Position numbers and translations under genes: made by a program. A stretch of DNA of 62,964 nt, the filler included, from Saprolegnia diclina VS20 (taxonomy: Eukaryota), in NCBI RefSeq assembly GCF_000281045.1. It is 3 parts of one record of this genome, joined end to end, with 100 filler letters (N's around TTAATTAATTAA, not from the genome) between each part and the next. Parts side by side here need not be neighbours in the genome. Positions count along the whole stretch, not along the records: positions 26,668 to 46,306 come from NW_008246087.1; 2 more parts are not named here. One strand, 5' to 3'. Under the pieces are notes generated by a model. The model had not been told where the DNA came from. It ran no database searches and saw only the letters and a list, made by a program, of their open reading frames with translations. Positions 31,729 through 42,985 of this stretch are shown here, in pieces (positions within the stretch are counted from its first letter, which is position 1; each line of letters starts with the position of its first letter).

Positions 31729-33253
31729 ATGATGCTCATGGCCGCGTCCAACAACGAGGCCGCGTCCGTGGCGATCAAGCTCCTCCCGGCGCCATCGGGC
31801 CGGGGCGTCAAGGCCGGCAGCGGCCTCCACGAGCTCCTCTTCACGCTCCTTGGCCAAGACCGCGTCGAGTGGGACGCCAAGCTGCGGGCTAAGCTCAAGC
31901 ATCTTTTGCTCAAGGACGTTGCCGAGCGCGAGCAGACACAGCTAACGATGGCCGCACTCCACGATACGATCCGCTCTGTCGAGATGGACCGGCGCCGCGC
32001 TGAGACCGACAAGAAGGCCGAGTCCGAAAACTCGAATCAAGTCGAAGAGCTCGGCGAAGAAAAGCCGGAAATCGATGTCGCAGACGAGAATCCACCGGCG
32101 CTCGAGCCGATCGCTTTGAAAGCGGGCAAAGAAGAGGCGCTACGCGCGCCGTCACCGACCGCGACCCGCCGACCCTCGACGAGCAGCACGTCGAACGCGC
32201 CGACGCGCCGCCGGTCCAGCGTACGCCGCAAGTCGCTGACATTAGTGTCGTGCAAGAGCAGCCCGGGTACACGGCCGCTTGCAGAAGGACGCGAAACGAT
32301 GTGCGTGTAGGCAAAGTGAGCATGAGCCCGGGCAAGCACGGGTGCGCTAACCAGCTCGTTTTGGTCAAAGCAAAGAAATCGTCGAATACCAAGTCGGCGA
32401 GATCGTCCGGCGACGCGCCGTCGCGGCTCGGTATCAAGATTGCGCGCAAGTGGAAGCCGCTCAACTTTAGTCTCTTTTCGTTCCACCCCAACGCGGCAGC
32501 CGTGCCCACTCCCGTGCTCGAACTCGGGCCGCAACAGAACGCCATCATGTTGCGGCAGCTGCGCTACGTCAAGGGCGTCATGCACGAACTGCCGTGGGCC
32601 AAGTCCCGCCTCCGTGACATGCTCTCACACTATACGCAGAAAGAGTATGCTGGACGTCCTGCGAGTCGTGTTCTGACGCCTGATCCGATAGCTTGACAAA
32701 GGAAGACTTGTTTCCGCAGCTGAGCCACTTGTCCGTGCAAGTCCAAGACGACCTCGACGCCAAGGCCAAGGCCCAGAAGCATGTGATTGAAGCCAAAGCC
32801 AAGCAAGCAACAACGCTGCAGCTGGCAAAAGGCATCATCAACGAGCTGACGATCATGAAGTATGGACGCCGCGGCAAGCCCCACGAGACCAAGCTCTACT
32901 ACGACGAGACGCACCCATGCGTGCTCTACTGGCAGTCCAAGCAAGGCGACCGGTCGAGCTCGTTCTTGCCGCTCCACGGCGTCAAGGCCATTGAAGTGGG
33001 CCACGTCACGCCCGTCTTCAAGCGCGCCGCGCGCAAGCACGCCGACTTGGATGCGTCGCGTTGCTTGAGCCTTGTCACGGACGACCGGACGCTCGACCTG
33101 CGCCTCCCCAACACCCTCCAGCGCGACTGGCTGCTCAAAGCGCTCCAAGACGCCGTGCAGTACGCCGTTCAGTACCGTGCGACCGCGCCTGCCAAGCGCA
33201 GTCAGGGCCCACACCTCCTAACCCCTGCCACGCCCCGCCTCCGACGCATGTAG
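31729..33253 (+). CDS. Protein with C-terminal PH domain (PLC/Mcp5-type), multi-exon
   Basis: KYGRRGKPH..LYWQS..IEVGHVTPVF..CLSLVTDDRTLDL..RDWLLKAL is a PH signature. Confidence 0.8.
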
Positions 33254-33305
33254 CCTCATGAAAAGACGCTCGATTGAACGCAGCATCGGTGGATTACAAC
33301 AACAA

Positions 33306-33768
33306 TTACTTCTTCTTGTTGTAGCTGGCCTTGTCGTTGCTCGCGAGCTTGTACAGGTAGAAGGCCGACATGGCTGCGGACGTACCGGCGACGACACCCG
33401 CCGGGAAGAGGCTGTTCGTCTCCTTGTAGCGGAGGCCCATGACGACCGTCAAGACCGACGAGACACCGAGCGAGAGGCCCGACCAGAGCTTCGAGATCTT
33501 CGGGCTCTGCTGGTATTCCTGGTAGCTGGCCGTGCCAAAGAGGAGGAGGAGCGAGCCGGCGCCCAAGCCCGCTAATAGCGCAAAAGAGCATGAGCGACGG
33601 TCGCCATGGCACGTGCCTACCCGTGAGCGAGATGACGCTGCCCGAGTTGACGTAGCCGACGAGGCCGCCAAGGGCGATGGCGCCGCCATACTAGCACATG
33701 GAGCATAAGCTTCCTCGTCCTCGTCTTCGCATGGGGCTTACGGGAAGAGTGAGGCAAAAATCGTACAT
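33306..33768 (-). CDS. TMEM14: TMEM14/FAX family membrane protein, 3 exons
   Basis: MYDFCLTLP|YGGAIALGGLVGYVNSGSVISL..|GLGAGSLL..MGLRYKETNSLFPAG. Confidence 0.88.
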
Positions 33769-34136
33769 GCTTCGAAGGGCAAAGAAAGCGGAAATGACGT
33801 GTGAGGCAACCCGCGCTGGTCCTGATCGAACGCTGAGATTCGGATTTTCGGATATCCTGAGGCCTGAGAAAAGGGCCGAAAGCTGCCACGAAGCCACAAA
33901 CAGTGAAGCTGCTGCCTGCCTGTGCCAAGGCCCAGCCCAGAGCTCATTGAAGCCGATCGGTACGAGAAGATAGTGCTGGAGAGTGATGAGGCTCTTGCGT
34001 TGCCCTTGGCGTCAAGCGTCACCGCACGTCCGAGTGTGGGATGCGTGGGTGCTGGGACACTGACGCCTGCAAATCAGTTGTCAACGTGCGATTACACGAC
34101 AGCTTGAAGCACCGCAACGATTATGATTCCCTAACG

Positions 34137-34610
34137 TTAGTACGACCACTGCTGTTGCGCTGATGTGGCCTTGGGGCTAGACGCGTCGCGATCCTCGAGC
34201 AGGTGCAATGTGTAGAGCGTCGACATGACAACAGCCGTGCCGGCGATGAGCCCGCCGTGGGCGACGTCGTTTGTCTCGACGACTGTGCGCAAGCTCAGGA
34301 GAACAAGTCCGAGCGTGACGAGAAGCGCGAGCTGGAACCAAATCTTGGACGGTGGCCGCTTCTTGGCCTCTTCGTGGCTCGAGTAGCCACACCATAGAAG
34401 GAGGCCTCCAGCGCCAATGCCTACACCGCGTCGCCGCGACAACGCTGGGAAGCGTACGCACCAGAGAGGTTGGCGGCGCTGCCCGTGGTGACGTAGCCAG
34501 CCATACTTCCAACGGCCACACACGCACCATACTAGCAGCGGCATGAGCGTGAGCCAGCACGTCGTTCCGCAAGGATGGCAATGTACCGCGAGCGTGAGAC
34601 GACTTGACAT
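34137..34610 (-). CDS. Divergent TMEM14-like tandem paralog, 3 exons
   Basis: MSSRLTLA|YGACVAVGSMAGYVTTGSAANLS|..GIGAGGLLLWCGYSS..SKIW; intron positions correspond to those of the neighbour. Confidence 0.72.
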   Translation of the reverse strand: MSSRLTLAVHCHPCGTTCWLTLMPLLVWCVCGRWKYGWLRHHGQRRQPLWCVRFPALSRRRGVGIGAGGLLLWCGYSSHEEAKKRPPSKIWFQLALLVTLGLVLLSLRTVVETNDVAHGGLIAGTAVVMSTLYTLHLLEDRDASSPKATSAQQQWSY

Positions 34611-34872
34611 GGTTTCTTGCGCCTTTTCGGGCCGGCAATCTCAACGTAGCGATCTGTCGGTTACCGGACCCGCCGCTTGACTGGGCCACTAAGATCTTAT
34701 GGGAAGCTCCAAAAGCCAAGAGGTCAAGGTAGGATGCGGAGAAGACGAACGAGGAGGCATGTAAAAGGTAGCGCAAAGCGTCTATCGGTGTCCTATCAAT
34801 CTTCTATTGGTCATTTTAATACACAATACGCTACTTTTTATATATAGATATCGATGTTCGAAGAGCGTAACT

Positions 34873-35490
34873 TTAGAATCGACCACCGCGACCGCCGCCA
34901 CGGCCACCGCCACGACCGCCGCTGAAGCCACGACCACCACCGCCGCGACCGCCGCCGAAGCCACGACCGCCGCCGCGACCACCGCCGAAGCTGCCGCCAC
35001 GGCCACCGCCACGACCACCGCCGCGACCACCAGCGCCACGGCCACCGCGACCGCCAGCCGCACCACGGCCGCCCGAGGGCTTGCCCTGGTCGGTGAACCG
35101 CGAGAGCGGGAGCAATTTGTCGGGGCTAATGTACACTTTGTCGCCGGCCTTGAACGACTTGGCCGAGACACCGGCATCGGGCTTGACCGTGAACATGACG
35201 TCGTTGATCGCGCCGAGGATTTCGTCGACCTTGCCAATCTTGGTCTTGTTCTCGAGGTACGTGCCGGCGTTGAAGTACGGGACCTTGTCGTTCGTCGACT
35301 TGTAGACCATTTCGTCTTCGCACGCGTGGATGAAGATACCGAGCTCGACGACCGTCGCCGGAGGGCCTTCGTCGTAGCCGCCACGGCCGCCGCCGAAGCC
35401 ACGGCCACCGCCGCGACCGCCGAAGCCACGACCACCGCCACGCGCACCACCGCCACCGCGGGCACCGCCTCGACCGCCACGGAAGGACAT
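34873..35490 (-). CDS. GAR1: H/ACA snoRNP subunit GAR1
   Basis: RGG-rich flanks around [51 protein letters not shown]. Confidence 0.97.
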   Translation of the reverse strand: MSFRGGRGGARGGGGARGGGRGFGGRGGGRGFGGGRGGYDEGPPATVVELGIFIHACEDEMVYKSTNDKVPYFNAGTYLENKTKIGKVDEILGAINDVMFTVKPDAGVSAKSFKAGDKVYISPDKLLPLSRFTDQGKPSGGRGAAGGRGGRGAGGRGGGRGGGRGGSFGGGRGGGRGFGGGRGGGGRGFSGGRGGGRGGGRGGRF

Positions 35491-36217
35491 GATCTCAATG
35501 TAAAATTGGGTTTTGAGCCATCTAAAGCCGTGGTTCCAGTCGAATTTACTTCCCGGTGGTTGGTTGCCAATCGTTTTGCACCAACGCCTCCTGCAAATAC
35601 ACACCATTTTATCTTACACTATTTGATACATTTCGAAATAGTAGTAGCTTGGAGAAGAATTCGTGTGTGATAACAGCATTTACGGTGACGCCATTTTGGA
35701 TCGTTCCATTTAGTGTTAAACGCCAACGTCTCCGCGTCGAGCGTTCGTGCGTTCGATGCGCCAATGCCTGAGAAACATCGAGACGTTCAACACCACAACA
35801 CCTACGTATTGGAGTCTACTTAAGGCTGTAGAACGTACACGAGAACGGATGCGCTGCCATACCACGGATGCAAAGCCAGGACTCTGAGAGCTGCCGAAGT
35901 CCGCGCCTGTATCCTTGCGTGATTTTAGCCTGGTTATTTTTCAAGGCTTGCCATGGACGACAAATGCCATTGCCATAGTGCCGTGCTAACGTACGTACAA
36001 GCCGTAGCGGAAGCGCCACGGTGGCGGTCATTGCCATGGTGAATGCTGCGTCGAGAGGCGGAAAGTGCAATTTGAACGAAAATAGTGTATGATGATGACA
36101 TCCCAACGGACTCTCGGGCGATTTGTTCGACGGCGCCAAGTACTAAACAGCGGGACGGCCACGGTGTGCTGTAGCGTCAGTTTCCATTTGGTCCGCCACG
36201 TGATCACACAGAGTCTC

Positions 36218-37875
36218 ATGGAGCACGTCCGAGCGATCGAGGTCGGTCTTGTCGTCCTCACAGCAGCCCAGTCGGTGCTCGCACAAGTCGAGTCGGCGGC
36301 CGAGGTCGGCCGGTACATCATCACCGTCGTCCTCGTTGGCGTCCTTGCATTCCACGTGGCGCGCGGCGTCCTTGTACCTGGCTACGCGCTCATGATCCTC
36401 AACACAGTCCTCCTCTTTGGGTCGTTCTCGGTCAAGTACATCGTCATTGCCCAAGCGCTCTTGTGGGTCTGCCTAGCGCTTGGCGTCTACCTCTTTCCGC
36501 TGCCCGCCTTTCCCAAAATCACTTCTACCTACCTCAACGTTGGCTGCGTCACCGAGCGCCTCGAAGACCTCGACGTCCGCATCTTCTACCCGTCGCCGGC
36601 ACCCACAACGTCGAGCAGCAAGCGCGTCTTCCTCCCGTACTTGCACCACGGCAAGCACTTGGCCATCGGGCTGAGTATCTTTGCCAAGATCCCGGCGTTC
36701 ATTTTCTCACACTTCAAGAACGCCTGGCTGCATGCAGTCGTGGATGTCCCGCTGCTCCCGCCGCCGTCCGCAAACGGGTGGCCGGTTATTGTCTTTAGCC
36801 ACGGGCTCGGCGGGACCCTCGAGATGTACGCCGTGCTCCACGAGCAACTCGCGAGCCAAGGTACCACACTCGTTTCTGTTTCTTGATGAAGAAGCGAATT
36901 GGCTGCTATACCGCGTCTTCTAGGCTATGTTGTGTTTGCACTCAACCACAACGACGGGTCATCATCCGTGAATCGACTTGTTGATTCGACCGGACGTGTG
37001 ACGGTAACAAGCACCGTATATGTCGACTACAATGCTCATTCAAGGGTTCTTCGTGTAGTACGACTACTACCACCCGCTCCCGCCCGAGGCCGCAAAGGAC
37101 TGGGACAATGTCGAGTACAAGATCCGCAACAGCCAACTGCAGCAACGTGTGGCCAACGTGCAGAGCATGATCAACGCTGTAGAGATGGTGCAAGCCGATT
37201 CAACCAGTGTCTTTTACCAAAAGCTCAACCTCGACGGGATCGGTCTCGTGGGCCACTCGTTTGGTGGGGCGACCGTCATGACGGCGTATGCTCCCGAACC
37301 ATGTATCCATGCAGCAAACCCTCATGAATATGGTTAGGGCGACCCGGGACGACCGCGTCAAAGCGGTTGTGGCTATGGACGTATGGATGGCACCGCTTGA
37401 TAAGGACGTGGTGCTCGAGGGCCCGCGTCTTCCGGTGTTTCATCTGATCTCGGAGCAGTGGGTCAACTGGACGACGCACATGGAGACGCTCTCGAAGAAT
37501 GTGTCGGCGGCCACGCACCCCGACACGCAGCTCTATTCGATCAAAGACTCGCGCCACAACAACTTTTCGGACCTCGGGCTCTTCTCGCCGGTACACTCGA
37601 CATCTCTGCGCCAGTATAGCTCATGAGAATCTCTGATATAGAAAATCAGCCAACTCGCCCGAGCCGCCGGCAAGATCGATGTGACATATGTACTTGAAGT
37701 CATTGCTGACGTCACGGGCGCGTATTTGAAGCCGCACTTGGACCTTGGCGACGCTCCGTCCTGGACAAAGCTCGAAGCCAAATACCCTGAACTCTCCAAT
37801 ATGCGCCAGCGCACCGACATGTCGACGGACGGATACCAGACCTTTGCGTCGCCCAAACACACTGCAAGTCTCTAA
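36218..37875 (+). CDS. PAF-acetylhydrolase-like alpha/beta hydrolase with N-terminal TM helices, multi-exon
   Basis: PVIVFSHGLGG, LASQGYVV, GHSFGG (nucleophile), AMDVWM, HNNFSD. Confidence 0.88.
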
Positions 37876-38324
37876 TGCAGTATTAGACCAGTGTAGTGAA
37901 TGACTCTTTGCTTCATGATATAGCCTCCACCGTCCGCAGATCTCTACCTCTCCACGCGGTGGGGTTAGGTAAGGGTTAGGTGAACGCTCTCCAACGACAT
38001 TAAGGAGCATGCAACGTGTTTGTATTTAACGTAGCTTTTCCTCGCACCTTGCTACGACTACATTATAGAGTCCTCGCTGTGCATTTGTAGCGTAGCGTCT
38101 TGGACTTGGGCTCACCTTCCTGTGGCTTGCGGGACGACAGGTGTCGAGCGACAGGCATGGCGAATGTATGAGTTGTTTCACGCTGATTGGCCAAAAGTAT
38201 TGTATTTAAGCCAATGACGAAGGTTTACATATAAAAAGCCCATGCATACAAACATCAAGTCTGCTGCTCGGGCTTGTATTCTATTGCCATAGGGTTTCCT
38301 ACGGCGTCGACAAGCAGCAGCAGC

Positions 38325-38744
38325 ATGATGGACGACAACCGCAAGATCGGGACGCTCCTCCTGGGCGTCGGCTTCCTCTTCCTCTTCCTCGGCGTCATGC
38401 TCTTCTTCGACGCTGCGCTCCTCGCGATCGGCGACGTGCTCTTCCTCTCGGGCCTCGCCATGACCATCGGCCTCTCGCGCACCATCAAGTTCTTTACGCG
38501 CAAGGACCGCTGGCGTGGCATCGTCTGCTTCCTCGGTGGCATCTTCCTCGTCATGATCCGGTACCCGATCATTGGCATGTGCGTGCAGACCTTTGGCTTC
38601 CTCAACCTCTTTGGCTCGTTCTTTCCCGTCGCCGTCGCCTTTCTCCGGCAAACGCCCGTCCTCGGCACGGTCCTCAACCTCCCGGTCATTGGGGACATTG
38701 TCGACAAGCTCGCGGGCGCGCAGAAGCGGGGCTACCAAGTCTAA
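38325..38744 (+). CDS. GOT1: Got1/Sft2-like vesicle transport protein
   Basis: MDDNRKIG..FLFLGVMLFFDAALLAIGD..FGFLNLFGSFFP. Confidence 0.93.
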   Translation: MMDDNRKIGTLLLGVGFLFLFLGVMLFFDAALLAIGDVLFLSGLAMTIGLSRTIKFFTRKDRWRGIVCFLGGIFLVMIRYPIIGMCVQTFGFLNLFGSFFPVAVAFLRQTPVLGTVLNLPVIGDIVDKLAGAQKRGYQV

Positions 38745-39062
38745 ACTAGAGCTCTCCGCCGCCGATATAGTACACACCAATCAATACACCCACCATGTCC
38801 TAGCCTCCCGTCCTCGCCCTTGTGCTTCGCTGCGTATTCGCGTCGAGCGAGACGCGGCTACAAACCGCTAGGCATTGCACCTCTCACTTTGCTTCCGACT
38901 AGCATGCGTGCTCGGTGCCCACCGCCCTGCCAGCCGACCGACCACGCGTACCTCGGTCCGCCACGCACCAGCAATGCGACCTTGTTTCGCGTTATGTATT
39001 GAGAGAGATTATTGCTCCAAAGTGGATCGAGATACCTGAAGTAAGCAGTGTCTCAAGGCGAC

Positions 39063-41183
39063 CTACAAGGAGGTTGGCGCGACAATCTCGGCCTTGGCCT
39101 TCTTGAGCGACGCGAGCTGCGCCTCGAGCTTCTCGCGCGCCGCCGTGTCGACCACGCTGTCGACCACGAGGCTCGCGAGCGTCTCGTCCGTCGCCTCAAG
39201 GCGACGACCAACCTCGTCGACGAATGGCTCGACAAAGCACGAGTTGAGGCGCATTGGGATCGCGTCTATAAACCGCGTCTTGGCCACGTCGACATACGAC
39301 GCAATCGCCATGTGCAAGTCGAGCGCCTGCGCGTTTTCATTGCACGTGCCGCCGTGCGCCTGCATGAGGGCTCGGACCGCGCCGACAGAGACGTTGGCCG
39401 TCTCGTCGCCGGCCGAGAGCGCGCTCAAACCGTCCTGCAGTGCTTGCATGCGGCGCTCCTGGAGGCTGTCGTAGAGATCGTCGTTGAGCGTATACGGGCG
39501 GGTCTCGGTGGCCAAGACCTTCTCGAGCTCGAGCTCGGCCGTCTCCGACAAGTCGGAGAGCACGTCCTTGACGACACGCAAAAGGTGCGACTGCACCCGC
39601 GGGTTAGCCTGGGTCGACGAGACGACGCGCGCGGCCACGCCTTCCAGTAGCATCTCGTACGCCCGGAAGAGCGTCAGCATGGGCGCGCGCCACTTGCTCA
39701 CGTAGCGCTCGCGCACAATGTTGCCAAACATCGCACTCGAGACAAAGAGCGGGAGCTCATTTCCGCGGTTCTCCCGCAGTAGTTGCTTGAGCTCGGAAAT
39801 GTCTTGGGTCGGAATGAACCGCCAGGAGTTGGTCCACGCACTTGGCGACGACACGGCCGACATGATCGAGCGGCCATTGAGTGCCGTGACGCGCTCGACC
39901 ACCCACTTGTCTTGGTTCTTGGCGTCGACTTCGACGTAGTCGCCGACAGCGGGCATCTCGTTGGATCGGTCAACGTTGGTCGTCGTCACCACCGAGAGTG
40001 CCGCGATTTCTTGCTGAAACGTTGCGTCGAGCACGCAGAGCTGCGCGCGGAGACGGTTGTCGACTGCAGAGGCCGCCGACGTTGTGTCGAAAAACGCGCC
40101 GTCGTCATAGTCGCCGTTGGCCGCGCCCGCGAGCCGATTCGTGACGAGGCCGACGTGGCGCATGTAGTGCGCACGGCGCGCACTCGGCGTCGTCATCGCA
40201 TCGCCCATCGCGCGCAACCCTAAAACGCAGGCCTTCATCTGCGCGTCAATCTCGGTAAAGACCGCTGGCATTGCGCTCGCAATCGCCTCGACCAAGAGCG
40301 CCGAGAGCTTGGCCGCGAGCTTCTCCGTACCAACGAGGCCCGGGTCCACGTTGCGCCACACCGGGTGTGTCTTGAAAAACGCAGCTTCGTCTTCGCGGCC
40401 TTTGGCAATCGTGACGCCCGACGAGAGCGCGCGCTGGCCGCGGCACTTGACCATATGGTACCCGAGTCGGCGCTTCTTGGTCGTGTTCAAGAGGAGCTCC
40501 TTCACGCTCTGCTCGGCGCCGTCGTCAATGAGATCGGGCTTCGTAATGATGGAAATCGTGCGCGTGCCGTCCGGATCGGCCGCCTCGGCCGCCTGGAGGA
40601 TCTCAGTGTTGTGCATGTCGACGTTCGCCGGCACGACAGCAAGAATGATCGTCCGCGTCTGCACCAGGTACCGGTCCACAAGCGCGCGGACGCGGCCAAT
40701 CATGGCCGGGTCTTCGTCGTCGCGCACGGTGCGCACGAGGCCCGGGAGGTCCGTGAGCGTCAAGTTGGGAAAGTCGGGGCCTTGGAGCTTGATCTCAATC
40801 GCATCGTCGGAAATGACTTGGCCCTCGTCAACGAGGAGCTGCGTAAACTCTTCGATCGCTGCCGTGACTTGGTCGAGCGTCTCAATCTTCTTGGGCGACG
40901 TGTCAGACGCGCTGGACTGGTACCGCAAGAGGCGCACGCTGCCGGCAAAATTCGATGCGTGCGTCAGAATGAGTTGCGTCGGGCACCGCGTCGTGAGCAC
41001 GTCCGAGGACGGAAACGAAATGCCCGAGATGGCCGAGAGCACCGACGACTTGCCGCTCGACGTGTCGCCCATGACGGCGATTTGAGGGAGCTCAATGTAC
41101 TTGTCGAGGCCGACGGCGCGCAAGCGGTCGACCAAATGGCGGCTTTCGCCCGACGAACCCGAGGAGGAAGAACAAGTCAACAT
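39063..41183 (-). CDS. Mx-like dynamin-superfamily GTPase
   Basis: LPQIAVMGDTSSGKSSVL (G1), TTRCPT (G2), DLPG (G3), TKPD (G4); Mx-type LGYHMVKCRGQ and RGNELP; C-terminal GED; intronless. Confidence 0.92.
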   Translation of the reverse strand: MLTCSSSSGSSGESRHLVDRLRAVGLDKYIELPQIAVMGDTSSGKSSVLSAISGISFPSSDVLTTRCPTQLILTHASNFAGSVRLLRYQSSASDTSPKKIETLDQVTAAIEEFTQLLVDEGQVISDDAIEIKLQGPDFPNLTLTDLPGLVRTVRDDEDPAMIGRVRALVDRYLVQTRTIILAVVPANVDMHNTEILQAAEAADPDGTRTISIITKPDLIDDGAEQSVKELLLNTTKKRRLGYHMVKCRGQRALSSGVTIAKGREDEAAFFKTHPVWRNVDPGLVGTEKLAAKLSALLVEAIASAMPAVFTEIDAQMKACVLGLRAMGDAMTTPSARRAHYMRHVGLVTNRLAGAANGDYDDGAFFDTTSAASAVDNRLRAQLCVLDATFQQEIAALSVVTTTNVDRSNEMPAVGDYVEVDAKNQDKWVVERVTALNGRSIMSAVSSPSAWTNSWRFIPTQDISELKQLLRENRGNELPLFVSSAMFGNIVRERYVSKWRAPMLTLFRAYEMLLEGVAARVVSSTQANPRVQSHLLRVVKDVLSDLSETAELELEKVLATETRPYTLNDDLYDSLQERRMQALQDGLSALSAGDETANVSVGAVRALMQAHGGTCNENAQALDLHMAIASYVDVAKTRFIDAIPMRLNSCFVEPFVDEVGRRLEATDETLASLVVDSVVDTAAREKLEAQLASLKKAKAEIVAPTSL

Positions 41184-41713
41184 GGCAGTCGTACGTGTGC
41201 GAGAGACAAATCTATTGCTACAATGCGGTCTTGTAGATCGCGTGTGGCGCGCGGCGTGCGATGCCATCAAAGAACGGCTTTTCTCTCAAGACAGGTCGAC
41301 GTTCATCCCTACCCCAGCGACAGACCAGTTTGGCGTGTCTCTACCGTACTCACTGCAGTGCAGTTAGAGCTCGCGGACGAGCGGACGAGCTGTCCAGGAC
41401 ACAACTGCCAAGACATGGGCCTGCCACGTTCACTCCGGAGTCCATGGACGTGACTGTTCAAGATACGATTGCGACGATGCCATTGGTTCAGACCACCGAA
41501 GAGTCTAGAACACTCACGCACGGTAGTCAGCTTGACGCGAACATGCTGTCGGTCCATTGAGTAGTCTTCTCGTTAGGTGTGCTCACTCGGCACCTTACTC
41601 GATGGGACGGCCCGCAAGTCGGCCGCAGGTCAGAGGTGGTGTTGGGTTTGGCTGGGATATCCGGACATCCGGATACCTGGGGCTTGGAGCACGATATTAT
41701 TTTGTGAACGACG

Positions 41714-42727
41714 ATGGTCCGTCAAATCAAGAGCGCTCGTGGGGCGGCCAGCGTGGCCGAGAAGCTCGAAGAGCGCCTGAAGCAAGGGGACTTCTATGGA
41801 GCGCTGCAGATGTACAAGACGCTCTACAGCCGGTACGCGGCCGCGGGCGACCACATGCGGGCCATTGACCTCGCGCACACGGCGGCGGTCCAGCTCGCCA
41901 AGCACGATCAGTTTACGGCCGCGCGCGAGATGGGCTGCCTCATGATCGACTTGTACATGGCCCAAAAGTTTGCAGTCGATGCAACCAACAAGGCGCGCGT
42001 GCAGGCCATCTCGGAAGCCTTTAGCGCAACCGCGACCAAGGACCATTCGGAGTTCCTCAAGCAGGCCGTCAAGTGGTCCAAGGCGCATGGTAGCCGCCAG
42101 CGCGGCGACGCCGAGCTCCAGCTCTGGCTCGCGCGTGTCTACACGGTCGCGACGGACTACACGAACGCAAACAACCACTTTTTGCACGCCGAGCAGCCCC
42201 GCGAGATGAGCCAGATGCTCATGGCGCACGCGGCCACAGGCTACGCCAGCGAGGCCGACCTCTTTGTTGCGCGCGCCGTCTTGCAGTACGTCACCTCTTT
42301 GTTTGTCTGCCTCCCTCATCTATGATGTCCAGGCTAATTTGCTTGGAGAACCTCCGCGATGCCAACGTCGTCTTGACCGAGTTCCTTGCGGCCCGCCCGC
42401 TGGACACGCCGCTGATCAACTGCGTCAAGTTTATCCTGCGCACGCTCGAGGTACTACGACGTCTCTGACGTTGGACAGGGAAGGGACCACAGCGTTGTAT
42501 GGTAGCGCGATGCCCTTCCGCTCTTTCAGCTGCTTCAGGAACGCTACGCGTACGCGCTGTCGCGCGACCCTTCCTTCCGCAACGTACGTCGACCTCCTCG
42601 ATTGCTGTCGATCCTCATATGCGTGTGGCTCTAGTTTATGAGCATCATTGCGCAGAAGTACTATGGCGTGCAGCCGCCGCAGTCGGCGCTGAGCTCGCTC
42701 ATGAACATGTTTGGCGGTGGCATGTAA
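41714..42727 (+). CDS. GET4: Golgi-to-ER traffic protein 4, multi-exon
   Basis: GDFYGALQMYKTLYSRY, AVKWS..GDAELQ, EADLFVARAVLQ|..LENL, DTPLIN, RDPSF, KYYGV. Confidence 0.9.
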
Positions 42728-42756
42728 CCCAACACAAGCAGTTGATGATGATTGCG

Positions 42757-42985
42757 CTAGTCGTAGTCTTTGACGACCTTTTTGCGGGCTTGCTTCTCGA
42801 GCTCTTCGAGCTGGAGGAGCGTGAGCGACTTGATGGGCATGATCTTGGGCTTGCACAGCACTTCAGTCAAGTTGCCGCGCTCCGAGTAGACAAGGCCGGC
42901 CTTGGGCAGCACCTCTTGCAGCATCTCGCGCTTCTACATGGAGGGTTGCATCACGCGCCAAGCGCTCCATCCGACGTACGTTCAT
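42757..42985 (-). CDS. BBIP1: BBSome-interacting protein 1 (BBIP10); absent from the ORF track
   Basis: MN|KREMLQEVLPKAGLVYSERGNLTEVLCKPKIMPIKSLTLLQLEELEKQA..; EVLPK.G..VLCKPK..P.KSLTL is the BBIP10 signature; 46-nt GT-AG intron. Confidence 0.88.

Noticed and set aside
34782..35670. Ala/Thr- and Ala/Val-rich ORFs and GGC-type repeats
   Set aside because: Alternative frames of the GAR1 RGG boxes.
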